Origin: Squalus acanthias
Taxonomy: Eukaryota
Direction of reading: 5' to 3'
DNA: 64,000 nt
Assembly (NCBI GenBank): GCA_030390025.1
Contig: CM059438.1
Coordinates: forward strand, 79,856,001-79,920,000
A program made the translations under genes and the position numbers. Position 1 is the stretch's first letter. Every line of letters starts with the position of its first letter. A model generated the notes under the pieces. It did no database searches. It was not told the origin of the DNA and saw nothing but the letters and a program-made list of their open reading frames with translations. This document shows positions 1-13,700 of the stretch, in pieces.

Positions 1-232
1 TCACGGAGCAGAAAGTGTAAATTGTTCTCCAACACATATATAATCTTTTTAATAACACTTTCCTTCCACCTTTTTTTGGTAATGATAATACTTTCATGAT
101 GCCACAGAGATACGTTCACACACTGCAACTGGGCAACACTCAGCAGATATCAATACAACACAAGTGACAATCTTAGATTAGTGATTTAAGCTTGGTGAGA
201 TACCAGTTAAATGCTTCCATGCTGTCTCGCAC

Positions 233-460
233 ACAACAACAACAACTTGCATTTAAATAGCACCTTTAACATAGTAAAACGTCCCAAGGAGCGGAACATG
301 AGCACCATCACAAAATATGTTTTGACACTGAGCCACAAAAGGAGATTTCAGGACAGATGAGCGAAAGCTGGGTCAAAGAGGTAGGTTTTAAGGAGCATCT
401 TAAAGGAGGAGAGGTAGAGAGGCAGAGCAGTTTAGGGAGGGAATTCCAGAGCTTAGGGCC
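233..460 (-). mobile_element. L2-type LINE 3' end
   Basis: The (caa)n-cttgcatttaaatagcaccttt... tail is the reverse complement of the same type of tail seen after the L2-like coding sequence at 55030-55447. Confidence 0.6.
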
Positions 461-1849
461 ATGCTTACACACACACGTCACAGGCTTTGTGTAAAAAAAA
501 AAAGGCTACAAACAGCAAATCTTCAATCTCGTCAAAATAACAAACGTAAAATAACCCCGAGTAGGTTTGTGAAACCTACACAACCTCTACTCACGCTTCA
601 GCTTCAGAACGGTAATGTAGATGCACATTCTGAATGCTCATCCAAGTGCAGGCAAAAATATTAAAATGTGCATACACACACAAAAACAAAATTCATGCTC
701 TATATGTTGCAAACACAGAATAGCCATCTTGGACATGAATTAAACTGTTGACAGCCACTATATCTCATCTGTGCCTACACCACTTACAAGCTATGCTAGT
801 GGTTCATGTTGCGTTAATCACTGATCCCCATTGCATATTCTTTAGATTTTGACTCATGAATACCACTAGGTACCCATTGGTGACACAACCCAGTTAGTGT
901 AGTGTGGTTACATTCAACATTATTGTATAAATACTACACTACCATCTTTATAGAAGCAAATTGCTTGAGCTTGTATTGCTTATATAGGAAAGACAGTATA
1001 CAATTAACTTTAGTACCTACGTGGATATATTCACATCGTGAAATGGTATCAAATGTAATAAAATAACACCATTTTGCCATAACATTGTAAGCTTTTATTT
1101 CTGGATGTTTCAGCTATATGACAAGTAACACATCTGTTTTGTGCTGTTATGTAGCTATTTAAAGGGAAAAAATCCATTATGTTTTAACAACTGCAAAAGC
1201 CTATCAATGGGGAAAATGCTGTCACTCTGTGTTGAGCAGTACATCACAAACCTATTGATTAGTGCAAGGGAAACAATTTTTCAGCATGTGTATCTGAAGT
1301 GCGAGTGCAATATGGCCATAATTTCATTGATGTGAAACCATCTTCGAGGGCGATAGTGCTTTTCGATCTTCCAGAGCTTTCATCATTCTGGTACTTGATG
1401 GAAGCCTAAGTAGTACTGAGCCTGAACACTGTCAGATGAAGATGAAGTAAACATAGTTGATAAGAGTCCTTTATGTCATCGAGGTGGCAGAACAGTGTTC
1501 AAGGACTTCCTAACAGATGAAAAGTGCCAGAAAAACATTTGTCCTGATTCTATCAGTATGAGGGGATAATGGGTTAAAAATTAACAAACCAACCCCAAAA
1601 AAAAGAAATTAAAGTAATGAAGCTGTAATTGTACACCTAACAAATTACTGAAAGTTTACTTTACAAACATTGAATGTGATGCACATTCCATAAAGAATTA
1701 CATTTCTTGCATCTATTTTTTTCCTGCCACTTTTCTTCTTTCCTAAAGCTGCTGACACCTTGCTGGGGTACAATTCTGTGATTGCTGGTCACTCTTTGGT
1801 ACCTTGATAGTGAGCGCTGGCAGGCTATTCTGCTGGGCAGGCATCAGAA

Positions 1850-2205
1850 CCAATGTTCCCGTTAAGCTGCGCGGCGGTCTGGAGGTCCCGCGCAGGCCGC
1901 TCAACGGCTTTACAATTGAAATAACCGCGCACGCGCAAGAAATTGAATGGGCCGCGCAGCCCGTTAAAGGGCCCGCGCACCAAAATAAAATTACAGGTAA
2001 CATTGATCATAACTGTACTCAATCTTGTCCCGACCCCTTTTCTCACAGGGCGTCATGTACATATCAATTAGGAACGGGAACCCGGAATGATTTTTCTCAA
2101 TCGCATCTTCCATTTTTTTCGCACATTCAAATATTTAAAAAATCTCCAAGGTGTTTCACCCATGACTTTAGCCCAAGCGCACTGGTGCGAATTGCCACCC
2201 TGGCT
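1850..2205. mobile_element. CpG-rich non-autonomous DNA transposon (MITE-like) fragment
   Basis: Abrupt GC/CpG-rich block in AT-rich intron ending in a TIR-like ...gaattgccaccc. Resembles other MITEs in the window. Confidence 0.4.
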
Positions 2206-3062
2206 GTGATCAACTAACTCAGCACAGCATACGCATCAAACTTGAGGCCTTTTGGTCTGAACGGCTCAGTGGCACAATCAACTGAGCCGTCGAGAGAGAT
2301 TTTCTCGCACCTTTATCATGGCACAAACATTTAAACTCGTGATCCAAGCAGCAGCTGGAGGTGACTCCAAAGAAACAAAATCTTTTGTATACAGAGATCT
2401 GAGTGGGTGGTTTTATTTTGCAGCTGTTGTCTTCAGGACTATTGGGAATACAGTTTCCCAAACTCCTGCGTTAAAAAAAAATCAACAATATATCAAGGCA
2501 ATTCAAAACTTTAGGTTGGTGCAGCTATATGACACTGCGAGTACCAAGTCTTCTCAAATTCTTCTTACACGGAAGGCACTATTATTTTGTCAGATTTTCT
2601 CTCTAGGGAACTTTAATGGTAACAGGAAATTGTCTTCTTTCAGTCAGTAAACTGGTCTATTCTCTAGCAGGATTCATTGATCAATACTGAGGCAGTTCTG
2701 ATGAGTTACATTTGGATTACAATTACTGTTTTGAATGTCAGTAAGGCAGGTTGAAAACAGGAATATGTAACTAATCATTAATATTTAGAATAGATTAAAG
2801 TACTAACGTAACAATGTTCTAAACAGACCCAACACTGCTAAAATCTTGAAAGAAGCATTGGTTAATGCATAGAACAAGAAAACAAAGGATAAAATATCAA
2901 CCTTTTACAGGTATTTCACTAATTAAGGTGGTCTGATGACCTGGCAAAAGTCAGAGAGTAAGTGGGCTTGTGCCTTTGATTTGTATATGAGGCATGAGTA
3001 ACCTTGGCTTAAGCCATCTGGGGAGATACAAAGCAGAGGCCAGATACTTCCCATGGGGGACA

Positions 3063-3096
3063 GGGGGGGCGCGGGGGGGGGGGGGGGGGGGGGGGG
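3063..3096 (+). repeat. poly-G tract
   Basis: Near-pure G run. Explains the poly-Pro ORFs 2923..3108 and 2951..3139. Confidence 0.9.
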
Positions 3097-3656
3097 AGTA
3101 GAAATCACAACAGAGGTAACATGCTTTGCTCATGTGCACCCATCGAACAGCAAATTACACAACACTGGCAGGAGCTGCAGGCAGGTTATCGCCCACTCCT
3201 TAGAGGTAACCTTGAAAGGTTAGACATAATGCATGCTAGAAATGAACTTACTGGGAAGGCTTCTATATATTCCTTTTATTTCCTTTTTATATACACCTTT
3301 TAATACATGCAGAGATGCCCCTTATACGTACATACAAACAGGTATAAAAATGGTTATTTGCAAGTGAGTAACATTGTAGCATTATACACTGGGCTGGAGC
3401 CATCTCTTGGCAGATGTGATTTGGGCGAGGTCAGTTACTGCTGCACACTGGGTGCTGGTAGCAGAGGATCAGCTGGAGATATTTGGCATATTATAGGCAG
3501 GTAATGGGGAGTTAGCTCACCTCATCCCTCTATTAGTATTAATCTCAGTGTACATCTTTTATAAACAAAATTCAGATAATATATATCTACATGCTGTATT
3601 AGACAAGTCCCTTTGACAGTCAATGTTTATGCTATGCTGCTGTCAGTACTACTTAC

Positions 3657-3767
3657 AGTGCTTAGCTTGCTGCAGGAGATGAGGACTCGACGTTCATACA
3701 GCATACTGGCATAAAGATGAAGCATGTTGTTGACATCTACAGCTACAAAATACTCTGTCAGGTTTCT
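3657..3767 (-). CDS. DENND1A: DENND1A coding exon, 111 bp: RNLTEYFVAVDVNNMLHLYASMLYERRVLISCSKLST
   Basis: ctctttcag|AGA AAC CTG...AGC ACT|gtaagt. Core DENN LxERR motif. The gene appears to continue beyond both window ends. Confidence 0.97.
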
Positions 3768-4446
3768 CTGAAAGAGAAAAACATTTTCAGAATTTAAAGG
3801 AGAAAGGCAGACCAGTGCCTATCCCTGCTTCCTTATGGAACAAATTACTGATAGTATGGAAAGAAAAACATTGTTAAGACAAAAGGTTATTGTCAATATG
3901 TTTATACTGTTACAAGTTTCTTCCCTTGTCAATATTTCTGAACGACAAATCAGAAAATGTTTACTACTGCAGATCACATTGTAGAATGCTCCCCATCTGT
4001 CAGTCCACTGTTAATCTGCATAGATTATTTTGTATTGCAGCTAAGACAAAAGACAATTTACCATTTTTCAAAAAGTGCAACATCTATTTCTGAAACAAAA
4101 TATAAAACTTACCATACATTTTTATGAATAAAAAAGTTGCTCAATGGTTTTCTATTATTGCTTGTCATTTACAAATATAAATAACCTAATTTCTAAAGGT
4201 TACATGATTTAAAAAGTGTGTTCTTTGAAAGTAGTACCATAGAGTGAATCTCCTGATTTGGGGATATTATGACATGATGTAATTTACAACTAGGAAATGG
4301 CAACCCTCAGCCTGTTCCTTTCATTAGCCATCAGGGTGGTTTATATCACACCTCCTCCCACATCTGGCAGATAACCATCTTGTCTGGGATGGTGAGAAGG
4401 GATAGGAGGTCCAAAAAGTGTGATTCCACAGACAATACACTGAAAA

Positions 4447-4497
4447 TTTCCCTCATTACAACAGTGACTACACTCCAAAAAGTACTTCATTGGCTGT
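4447..4497 (+). mobile_element. Deu-domain SINE tail, left part (interrupted by CR1)
   Basis: acaacagtgactacactccaaaaagtacttcattggctgt aligns to the SINE copy at about 28468-28506. Confidence 0.75.
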
Positions 4498-5336
4498 GAT
4501 TGGGCAGATGCATGGCAGATGCAGTATAATGTGGATAAATGCGAGGTTATCCACTTTGGTGGCAAAACAGGAAGGCAGATTATTATCTGAACGGCAATAG
4601 ATTGGGAAAAGGGGAAGTGCAACGAGATCTGGGAGTCCTTGTGCACCAGTCGCTGAAGGTAAGCATGCAGGTGCAGCAGGCGGTTAAGAAGGCAAATGGT
4701 ATGTTGGCCTTCATAGTGAGAGGATTCGAGTACAGGAGCAAGGATGTCTTGCTGCAGTTGTACAAGGCCTTGGTGAGACCACACCTTGAGTATTGTGTGC
4801 AGTTTTGATCGCCTTATCTGAGGAAGGATGTTCTTGCCATGGAGGGAGTGCAGCGAAGATTCACCAGACGGATACCTGGGATGGCAGGAATGATGTACGA
4901 AGAGAGATTGGGTCGATTAGGCTTATATTCGCTAGAGTTTAGAAGAATGAGAGGGGATCTCATTGAAACTTGTAAAATTCTAAGAGGACTAGACAGACTA
5001 GATGCAGGAAGGATGTTCCCGATGGCGGGGGAGTCCAGAACCAGAGGTCACAGTCTAAGGATAAGGGGTAAGCCATTTAGGACTGAGATGAGGAGGAATT
5101 TCTTCACCCCGAGAGTGGTGAACCTGTGGAATTCTCTACCACAGAAGGCAGTTGAGGCCAATTCACTAAATATATTCAAGAAGGAGATAGATATATTTCT
5201 TAAGGCTAAAGGGATCAAGGGATATGGGGAGAAAGCAGGGACAGGGTACTGAATTTGGATGATCAGCCATGATCTCATTAAATGGCGGAGCAGGCTCGAG
5301 GGGCCGAATGGCCTACTCCTGCTCCTATCTTCTATG
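4498..5336 (+). mobile_element. 5'-truncated CR1 LINE (C-terminal ORF2 and 3' UTR)
   Basis: ORFs 4539..4808 and 4839..5252 (RDLGVLV, LVRPHLEYCVQF, RRMRGDLIE, WNSLP). 3' end gggccgaatggcctactcctgctcc...tctatg. Confidence 0.93.
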
Positions 5337-5337
5337 C

Positions 5338-5403
5338 TAAAGCGCTTTGAGACGTCCGGTGGTCGTGAAAGGTGCTATATAAATGTAAGTCATTCATTCA
5401 TTC
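5338..5403 (+). mobile_element. Deu-domain SINE tail, right part with (CATT)n end
   Basis: taaagcgctttgagacgtcc...gaaaggtgctatataaatgtaagt continues the left part. Compare 28506-28545. Confidence 0.75.
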
Positions 5404-6184
5404 AAAAGAATCACCCTGATCTGCCTCCTGATTTTCATGAACACAACAGGACAGTGAAAGTGAAGGAAGCAAACAGGTATCTGCCCTTCAGGAAGGGAGA
5501 TTGCAACTAGTGCCAGGGAGTGGTGTTCTTGGGTCCTGGCTGTGATGAATTTCATTAAGTCAATAGTTTAAGTATCCCTCCAGTACCGTTAGGATGAAAA
5601 GCTGTTCTTTCACCATGGATATATCTGCAAAGTACTTTGGAAATCTTATAAGTGCCCATATCCATACAACCACATTTATATACTATATTCAATATCTCAA
5701 AATTCAATATCCATTGTCTCGTTTGAATCAGAGAACCCCTGTAGAAACACATTACACTCTGACAGACATACAAGTCACAGTATTGTGCAGTACCTAGGTT
5801 GGACTTGTTTAATGGATAAAGGAAGGTGATCAGAGAATGCTTTCCTGGTTAGATTTTACTACTAATTACACATTAGGTAAATATTGGATTCTTTCAAATT
5901 GAATAGAATTATATGTACTTGGAGACAGGAGCTGGTAGAGCTACTCTAAAACAAAGCTGCTCTTTAACAAAAAAAAATTCAGAGATCTCTCAAATCCAAG
6001 TTAAGGAGATAATTTGTTAATTCTAAGTACTCTGTTAATAGAAACGAACGTCGACCTTCATTGTCAAAAATGTATTTGATTTCTTTAGTCTCTTGACTAG
6101 TAGATACTTTTTAAAAAGGAAAAATAGTCACGCAAAGTAACTTTTCACTCAACTTCCTGGTCCCACCCACACAACTTACTCTGC

Positions 6185-6600
6185 CTCCTAAATTGGTGTC
6201 ATCTACAAACTTGGATTATACAACTCTCTATTCCTTCATCTATGTCACTGAAATAAATGGTGATAAGTTGAGGCCCCAGTAGAGATCCCTGGAGAACGCC
6301 ACTTGTCCAATCCTGCCCATCAGAGAACAAATCTTTTACCCCCACTTTCTGTCTCCTACCACACAACCAATTACCAACCCAGGTCACAAGATTTCTTCCA
6401 ATTCCGTGCGCTCTCATTTTTGCGAATAATCTCTTGTGCGGAATCTTATCAAATTACTTTTAGAAGTCCATATAGACATATCCCTGTTGATAAATTCCAG
6501 TAACTTCTACACAACTGAAGATACACTGACAGGTCTGTAGTTTTCTGGTTTCTCCTTCTTTCTCTTTTTAAATAATGGAATGACCTTTGCAGAAGTAAGA
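6185..6600 (-). mobile_element. Decayed CR1 RT fragment
   Basis: ORF 6199..6417 (RAHGIG..NWL.GRRQKV..TSGVLQGSLLGPQL) and KVIPLFKK..PENYRPVS in ORF 6507..6770. Confidence 0.85.
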
Positions 6601-8010
6601 AGGGGGAGGTTGTGGAGGGCCTTATAGATGATGACAATGACTTTAAAATGAATGCACTGGGGGGAGGGGGGGGCAGGGAACCAATGAAGGTTATCAATAA
6701 CGGAAGTGATAGAGCAGCAGGGCTTAGTGTGGGATAAGACTTGGGCAACAAGATATCGAATAAGTTGCAACTTGTGAAGGGCCGAACTTAGGAAGCCAAC
6801 AAGGAGAGCATTACAGTCATTGAGTCTGGAGGTGACAAAAGTGTTTCACTGGTATCGAGGGTGAGATGGGGCAAAGGCATACAATGCAGAGGTGGAAATA
6901 GGCAGTGCTGATAGTGACTACGAGGTGGGGTTTGAATCTCAACTCAGGGTCAAACAAAACATTGAGGTTGCACACCGTCAGGCTCAATCAAGCGAGATCC
7001 CAGGGAGAGGGTCAGAGAGTTAAGATGCAGAGTTTTTGGCAGAGTTGTACAGGGATGTCTTTGGTCTTGCCGATGTTTAGCTGAATGAAGTTTCTGCTCA
7101 TCCAGGTTTTGAGGTTGGTTAAGCAATCACACAGTGCAGTGTGGTCCAGCAGTTGAGGGTATTGGCAGAGAGGTAGAACTGGGTGTCATCAGCATACATC
7201 TAAAAGCTGGCCTGATACTTATGATTGATGTTACTGAGGGGAAGCATATAAATGAAGAAAAGAAGGGGACTAAAAATGCAGGTTTGGAGCACACTCAAGG
7301 TGACCATGTACGAACTCGAGGGGAAGTTATTACAGGAGATCTACTGCCTTTGTTGGGACAAGTAGGAGTAGAACCAAGCTATGGCAGTGGCGCAGAGGAG
7401 AGACAGTGAAGGAGGATGGAGTGGTTGACTGGGTTGAACACCACAGAGAGGTCAGGGAGGATGAGGAAGAATAGCACTCTGCGGTTGTGCTTACATTGGT
7501 GACTTTGGTCAGAGTAGTCCCTGTACTGTGGGCAGGATGAATACAGATCGAAAGGATTTTGAATAGTGAGTGATGATAGAGATGGGCTCCAACTGGATGG
7601 CGATGACGTTCAATATCTTTAGAGAGGAAGGTAAGGTTGTAGATAGGGCAATAGTTGTAGAGGAGGGGGGGGGGGGGAGATCAGAGGTATTTTTTCTGGG
7701 GTTATGGGGTGATGGCAACAGTATTGAAGGGTGAAGGACAAAGCCTAAGGAGAGGGAACTATTAACAATGTCAGCGTGCACTGGGTCAAGAGGTGTAATT
7801 CTATGATACCGAGTCGGGTTCACAATGGGTCAAGTGTTTCGAAGGAGAATCTCATGGAGGAGATGGACTTGATAAGGACTGGGTGGGGGGGGACAATGAT
7901 AGAGAAGAGTGATATGGTGGGGTAGGGTGCAGGGGAAAGAGTCCAGGTGTGGGGAGGAATTAGCTGAGACAGTTGAACATGTGGTCTCTATCTTTGAGAT
8001 GAAGAAGCAT
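6600..8010 (-). mobile_element. Decayed L2-clade LINE ORF2 fragment
   Basis: QLIRYLVAQVLSHTK..ITSVIDNLHWFP..FKVIVIIYKALHNL (L2 C-terminus) and DIVNSSLSLG in ORF 7509..7823. Confidence 0.8.
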
Positions 8011-8689
8011 TATGAAGGATTCAAAATAGTGGGACAACCACCATTGCAAGTTTTGTTTTTCAGCTCCTGGAAAGTAACTCACCCGCTGTCTCTTATACAA
8101 ATCAGCTTCCTCCTTACTGTGTCAGTGTCACTTATTTCCACAAAGATGTCACTCCACAGAGTCAAAACCAGATGAACGAGCACCTCCAAAAGTTTGATTG
8201 AAGGCTGACATGAAGTCATTCGGGAATCTTAGAAAAAAATGCTGGTGCCAAGCTCTGAAACAGTAGTGTATCCAATGGATGCTTCTGTGCCAGTAAAAAT
8301 TGCTACTGCTTTTAAAATTTTTAATACTGCTGCGTTTTCTAGTTACAAATTCCCAGGACAGGAATCCATAACACATTCCTTATGAGACATATAAATGTCT
8401 TTACTATCAAAGCCTTACCTACCAAACATGCTGTTCAAATTCCCACGTTGAATAATAGATTTTGGAAAGACTGCCTCAGAGTATATTATAGTATTATGAC
8501 CACAGTAAATCTGGCAATCAACAGTAGATTAAAAATCACTAACATCCTTTTGTCACTTTCACAAGGCATGAATAGTCTTTTGCCAACATTGTTGCAGATC
8601 AAGAATACCATGGATCCTGTCAGTAATCACGACCAGAAATATAGTTAAAAATAAAATGAAAAACCATAAACACTGTACAGTCAACAAAA

Positions 8690-10760
8690 ATATATTCCAG
8701 TGAGAAAGAAAAATTTTAAGAGAAGGGAGCACTATCCGTGGCTAACTAAGGAAGTAAAGGATGGTATCAAATTGAAAACGAAGGCATACAATGTTGCCAA
8801 GATTGGTGGGAGGCCAGAGGATTGGGAAATTTTTTAAAACCAGCAAAGGATGACGAAAAAAATAAAGAGAGAAGGTGAATTATAAGAGTAAACTGGCAAG
8901 AAATATTAAAACAGAAAGTAAGAGCTTCTACAGGTATATGAAAAGGAAGAGAGTAGCTAAAGTAAACGTTGGTCCCTTAGAGGATGAGAATGAGAATTAA
9001 TAATAGGGAACGGGAAATGGCAGAGACTCTGAACAAATATTTTGTATCTGTCTTCACGGTAGAAGACACTAACAACATCCCAATAATGGATAATCAAGGG
9101 GCCACAGGGAGGGGGGGGAACTAAAGACAATCACTATCAGTAAGGAAAAAGTACTTGGTAAAATAATGGGACTAAAAGACAAGTCCCCTGGACCAGATGG
9201 CCTGCATCCCAGGGTCTTAAAAGAAGTGACTGCAGAGATAGTGGATGCATTGGTTGCAATATACCAAAATTCCCTTGACTCTGGAGAGGTCCCAGCGGAT
9301 TGGAAAACCGCAAATGTAACACCCCTATTTAAGAAAGGAGGGAGACAGAAAGCAGGAAACTATAGACCAGTTAGCCTAACATCTGTCGTTGGGAAAATGC
9401 TGGAGTCCTTCATTAAGGAAGCAGTAGCAGGGCATTTGGAAAATCATAATGCAGTCAAGCAGAGTCAGCATGGTTTTATGAAAGGGAAATCATGTTTAAC
9501 AAATTTGCTGGAGTTCTTTGAGGATGTAACGAGCAGGGTGGATAAGGGAGAGCCAGTGGATGTGGTGTATTTGGATTTCCAGAAGGCATTTGATAAGGTG
9601 CCACATAAAAGGTTACTGCATAAGATAAGAGCTCACGGAGTTGGGGGTAATATATTAGCATGGATAGAGAATTGACTAACTAACAGAAAGCAGAGAGTCG
9701 GGATAAATGGGTCATTTTCCGGGTGGCAAACGGTAACTAGTGGGGTGCCACAGGGATCGGTGCTGGGGCCTCAACTATTTACAATCTATATTAATGACTT
9801 GGATGAAGAGACAGAGTGTAATGTAGCCAATTTTGCGGATGATACAAAGATGGGTGGGAAAGCAAGTTGTGCAGAGGACTCAAAGAATCTGCAAAGGGAT
9901 ACAGACAGGCTAAGTGAGTGGGTAAACATTTGGCAGATGGAGTATAATGTGGGAAAGTGCGAGGTTATCCACTTTGGCAGGAAAAATAAAAAAGCTAATT
10001 ATTTAAATGGAGAGAGATTACAAAATGCTACAGTTCAAAGGGACCTGGGGGTCCTTGTGCATGAAACACAAAAAGTTAGCATGCAGGTACAGCAAGTAAT
10101 CAAAAAGGCAAATGGAATGTTGGCCTTTATTGCAAGGGGTTTGGAGTATAAAAGCAGGGAAGTCCTGCTACAACTGTACAGGGTATTGGTGAGACCACAC
10201 CTTGAGTACTGCATACAGTTTTGGTCTCCTTATTTAAGGAAGGATATACTTGCATTGGAGGCAGTTCAGATACGATTCACTCGGTTGATTCCTGAGATGA
10301 GGGAGTTGACTTATGAAGAAAGGTTGAGCAGGTTGGGCCTATACTCATTGGAATTTAGAAGAATGAGAGGTGATCTTATTGAAACATATAAGATACTGAG
10401 GGGGCTCGGCAAGGTCGATGCAGAGAGGATGTTTCCCCTCGTGGGGAAATCTAGAACTCGGCGGCATAGCTTCAGAATAAAGGATCGCCCTTTTAGAACT
10501 GAGATGAGGAGGAATTTCTTCTCTCAGAGGGTCATAAATCTGTGGAATTCTCTGCCCCAGAGAGCCGTGGAGGCTGGGTCATTAAATACATTTAAGGTGG
10601 AGATGGACAGATTTTTGCAAGATAAGGGAGTGAAGGGTTATGGGGAGCGGGCTGGGAAGTGGCTTTGAGCCCAAGATCAGCCATGATCTTATTGAATGGC
10701 GGAGCAGGCTCGAGGGGCCAAGTGGCCTATTCCTGCTCCTATTTCTTATGTTCTTATGTA
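8690..10760 (+). mobile_element. 5'-truncated CR1 LINE with near-intact reverse transcriptase domain
   Basis: ORFs 9166..9675 and 9745..10668 are in one frame, split by a TGA at 9673. Motifs SPGPDG, NYRPVSLTS, QHGF, YLDFQKAFDKV, PQGSVLGP, FADD. Tail ttcttatgttcttatgt. Confidence 0.97.
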
Positions 10761-13700
10761 TACATTAAACTTAAAAAAGAATAACCTCAAAGTTATAAAT
10801 CTAAACTTTGGGTTCAGGTGACTGTTAGAAACTATACAAACTTTGCTTTTAAAGTTTCTGATTTAATTTAAATGTCTCTATTAGATCATAGGTGTCAAAA
10901 TATTCTCTATGTAAGTTGCACAGTATTCCAATGTTTAATGGGGCACTCAAATTAAATAGAGAGGCAGGTCAATCCAACTGTATATAGGATATCATGCTGC
11001 CACAGTCTATGCTCAAAATTGTCCCCAAACATGTCCTCACTAAGCACACAATCAGATTGCATATTTTTACCAAGGATCTCAATGGTCACTTTAAAATAAT
11101 AGATGTTATTCCTCTGACATGGTAGCTGCCCTCACCAATGAGCATTGCCTGGAGAAAGAGACAGAAAGAAAAGGCATTCTCTCATACTCATAAAAGCCTA
11201 AAGTCATCCACATTAACCCCAGCTTCAACTAACATTTCTACCTCACAAGACAAATGAGCATTACAACAATATCTGTATTTTACATATCTTGTGTAAGTCA
11301 GAGTCAAGATTTTAAAAATACAGCGTACTCACTGGAGCAGGGTACAGCATCTATTTTTTTTTAAATTTGAGTTTAAATACTTGTGTTTATTTCGATTGGA
11401 CCTGCAGTCGAATTCCCAGAGTTGTTTATAATTAGGCCCACAATTTCCCCTTTTAAGTTTAAATGCCCCAGATCCTTCGCAATGCTAAACACATTTGTGG
11501 TTGGTGTATCTTGCACTGCCTCCACTTAAGCCACAATTTTTGATGGGGGCAAAAAAGCGGCAGGGACGCTATTCCTGATTTCCAGTAGTTAAGCTTGACA
11601 CGACAGATCAAGAAAGGATTATGGGCCGCAAACAGTAAATCAGTGGTTTGTTCCAATAGTGCCAATGACCTCATGTGGAGGGAACAGAAATCTGCATAGA
11701 CAGTGATTAGGAAACATTACCTAGAGGTACAGCTCAAACTTCGTTCCACATGAATTCAGAAGTGAAGAACAAGTCATCGACATGGCTGAAGCATCTCATA
11801 GATTTTTTTCAGTCTCAGACAAATATACAGAAAAAGTAGCTTGTATATGACGCACTATAAACAAATTCTGAAATTCCTAAAGCACCAGCAAGACAAGTGG
11901 AAAATAAAATATTGCTGTGGAGACCATAAAAAGCAGCTTCAGCCAACTCTGGTACTATCTACTCTTTCACACACTAACTTTAGCAAACAAATATGGTAAC
12001 TTTTCTTTTCCTATTAATGTACATGTTTTTTTTTTTATTTGAAAGCACATCAGTATGCAAAAAACAGAAACATGCTAAAGCAGCTTAATGGAGAAACATA
12101 ATCCAAACAACAACTAGGGGCATTTTACATTTGACAGAAAAATAAAACTGTAATGTATAATTGTACCATCATATTCTTCAATAGTAATGGAAGTTATTTT
12201 CTTATTTTAAGCAGTAAATTTTTGATTGGAAATAAATTATAAGTAACACGCAGAACTCATTCTGAGCATTTATTTCCATTTTAGAAACACATGTTTTTAA
12301 TTTTTATTTAAAAAGAGATATTTACTAGAGATTGTGTCTTTTTGGATGAGTCTGTAAAAAAAAAAATCAAGTAAATAGATTTAATTAAAAAATATTAATG
12401 TGGCCCCTTTTCTTCTTACTCATCTTCTCAGAGGACCCTTGTACTTCTGTATAAGAAAATCAATATTGGCCATTATGTACGTCATCATCCCATTGAAATG
12501 GTGAATACTACTTGCCAAATGTTTAATTTCTGTGTTACACGAACACACGTAATAGTTTTTTGTCATCTACAGATATTATTGGACGACAGAGCCGTACTTC
12601 AATACTGCAAAGCACTTTCAACATGTGGGATCTATATTACACAATCTTATCATCGACACATAAGTACATATGGATTTTAAATTACTGGTAGATTGTTTTG
12701 TGTGTCCACAAGACTCCTGGATTCCTAGCAACGTTAGCAATGAAGCAATTCTCCTTAAAAATTGAGAATTAATTTGAAGAATTTATAAATATCTACTTTG
12801 TTTATGCTCCAATTTTTTGGAATACATGTTGTGTAATATTACATTATAAGAGAAAGTTAAATTATGCAGGAGAGTAGACACATCTTAATATAATTAAACC
12901 AGAGATGTATTGGCTAACATACACTATGGTGTTTTCCATCACTGTTTTGTTGTCTTTTATTAACAACTTGAGTGGCTGGGCAAAAGGTTTTCATTTTTAC
13001 ATTAATCCACTTTCGGGTGTGCTTTTCTACAGTTGTTGTGCTTAATGATTGATGAACAATTAAGCATCCCACACGTAATTGTAAGGATAAACATCAAAAT
13101 AAGGTGTTGTAATGGTTAAGAGGATGGTAACCTGGGAGAAGCACTTTCAATGGTATTTTAATTTAAGGTGCTGATTTCTACAGAAACGCTTTCCCTGTGG
13201 AAACTCACCATTTACAGGCTCTTGGCCAGAGAACTGCTCCAACACTGTGACTGGCACATCAAGGAGCAGGTGTGCAGCAAAAAGCTGCAAATTGATATTT
13301 GGATCCAGCCAGGCTACCAATCTAGAGTTGCCTGAGCTGGGAATAGTCAGTATCCGATGGCTACTGCTGTATACTCAGCCAGTACGGAGTTTTCCCAAAC
13401 TGGGCAACTCTTTATACTGAAAAGTACTCTCTCCACACTATCCTTATCTTTCAATCTAATGATAGCTGACAGTTTGATAACGCATACTGTGTATTAGCCA
13501 CTGCCCTATCATTTTCATATTAATACTTCAAATGTTGTTGACTCTCTTTAAAAAAAAACAGCTGAAGTTCTGAGTAGCAATGTGTATGTCTGCATATAGT
13601 ACTCATTAAAATCCACAATGAAATTAAAGGACTCTCTACTCCTGGGAAGCCAGCAATAGGAAGCTGATTTACTTGGCACCAGGATACTTTGATTTAATTA

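Noticed and set aside
1420-1570. Short open frame TLSDEDEVNIVDKSPLCH... on the plus strand
   Set aside because: About 48 codons, no start codon, no convincing splice context and no recognisable homology.
1-3656. Next DENND1A exon (LTACIHGS...)
   Set aside because: Looked for on the minus strand and not seen. Presumably outside the window.
9166-10668. RT ORFs as a retron, DGR or domesticated gene
   Set aside because: Ordinary CR1 ORF2 with a nonsense codon, 5' truncation, CR1 tail and several sibling copies in the window.
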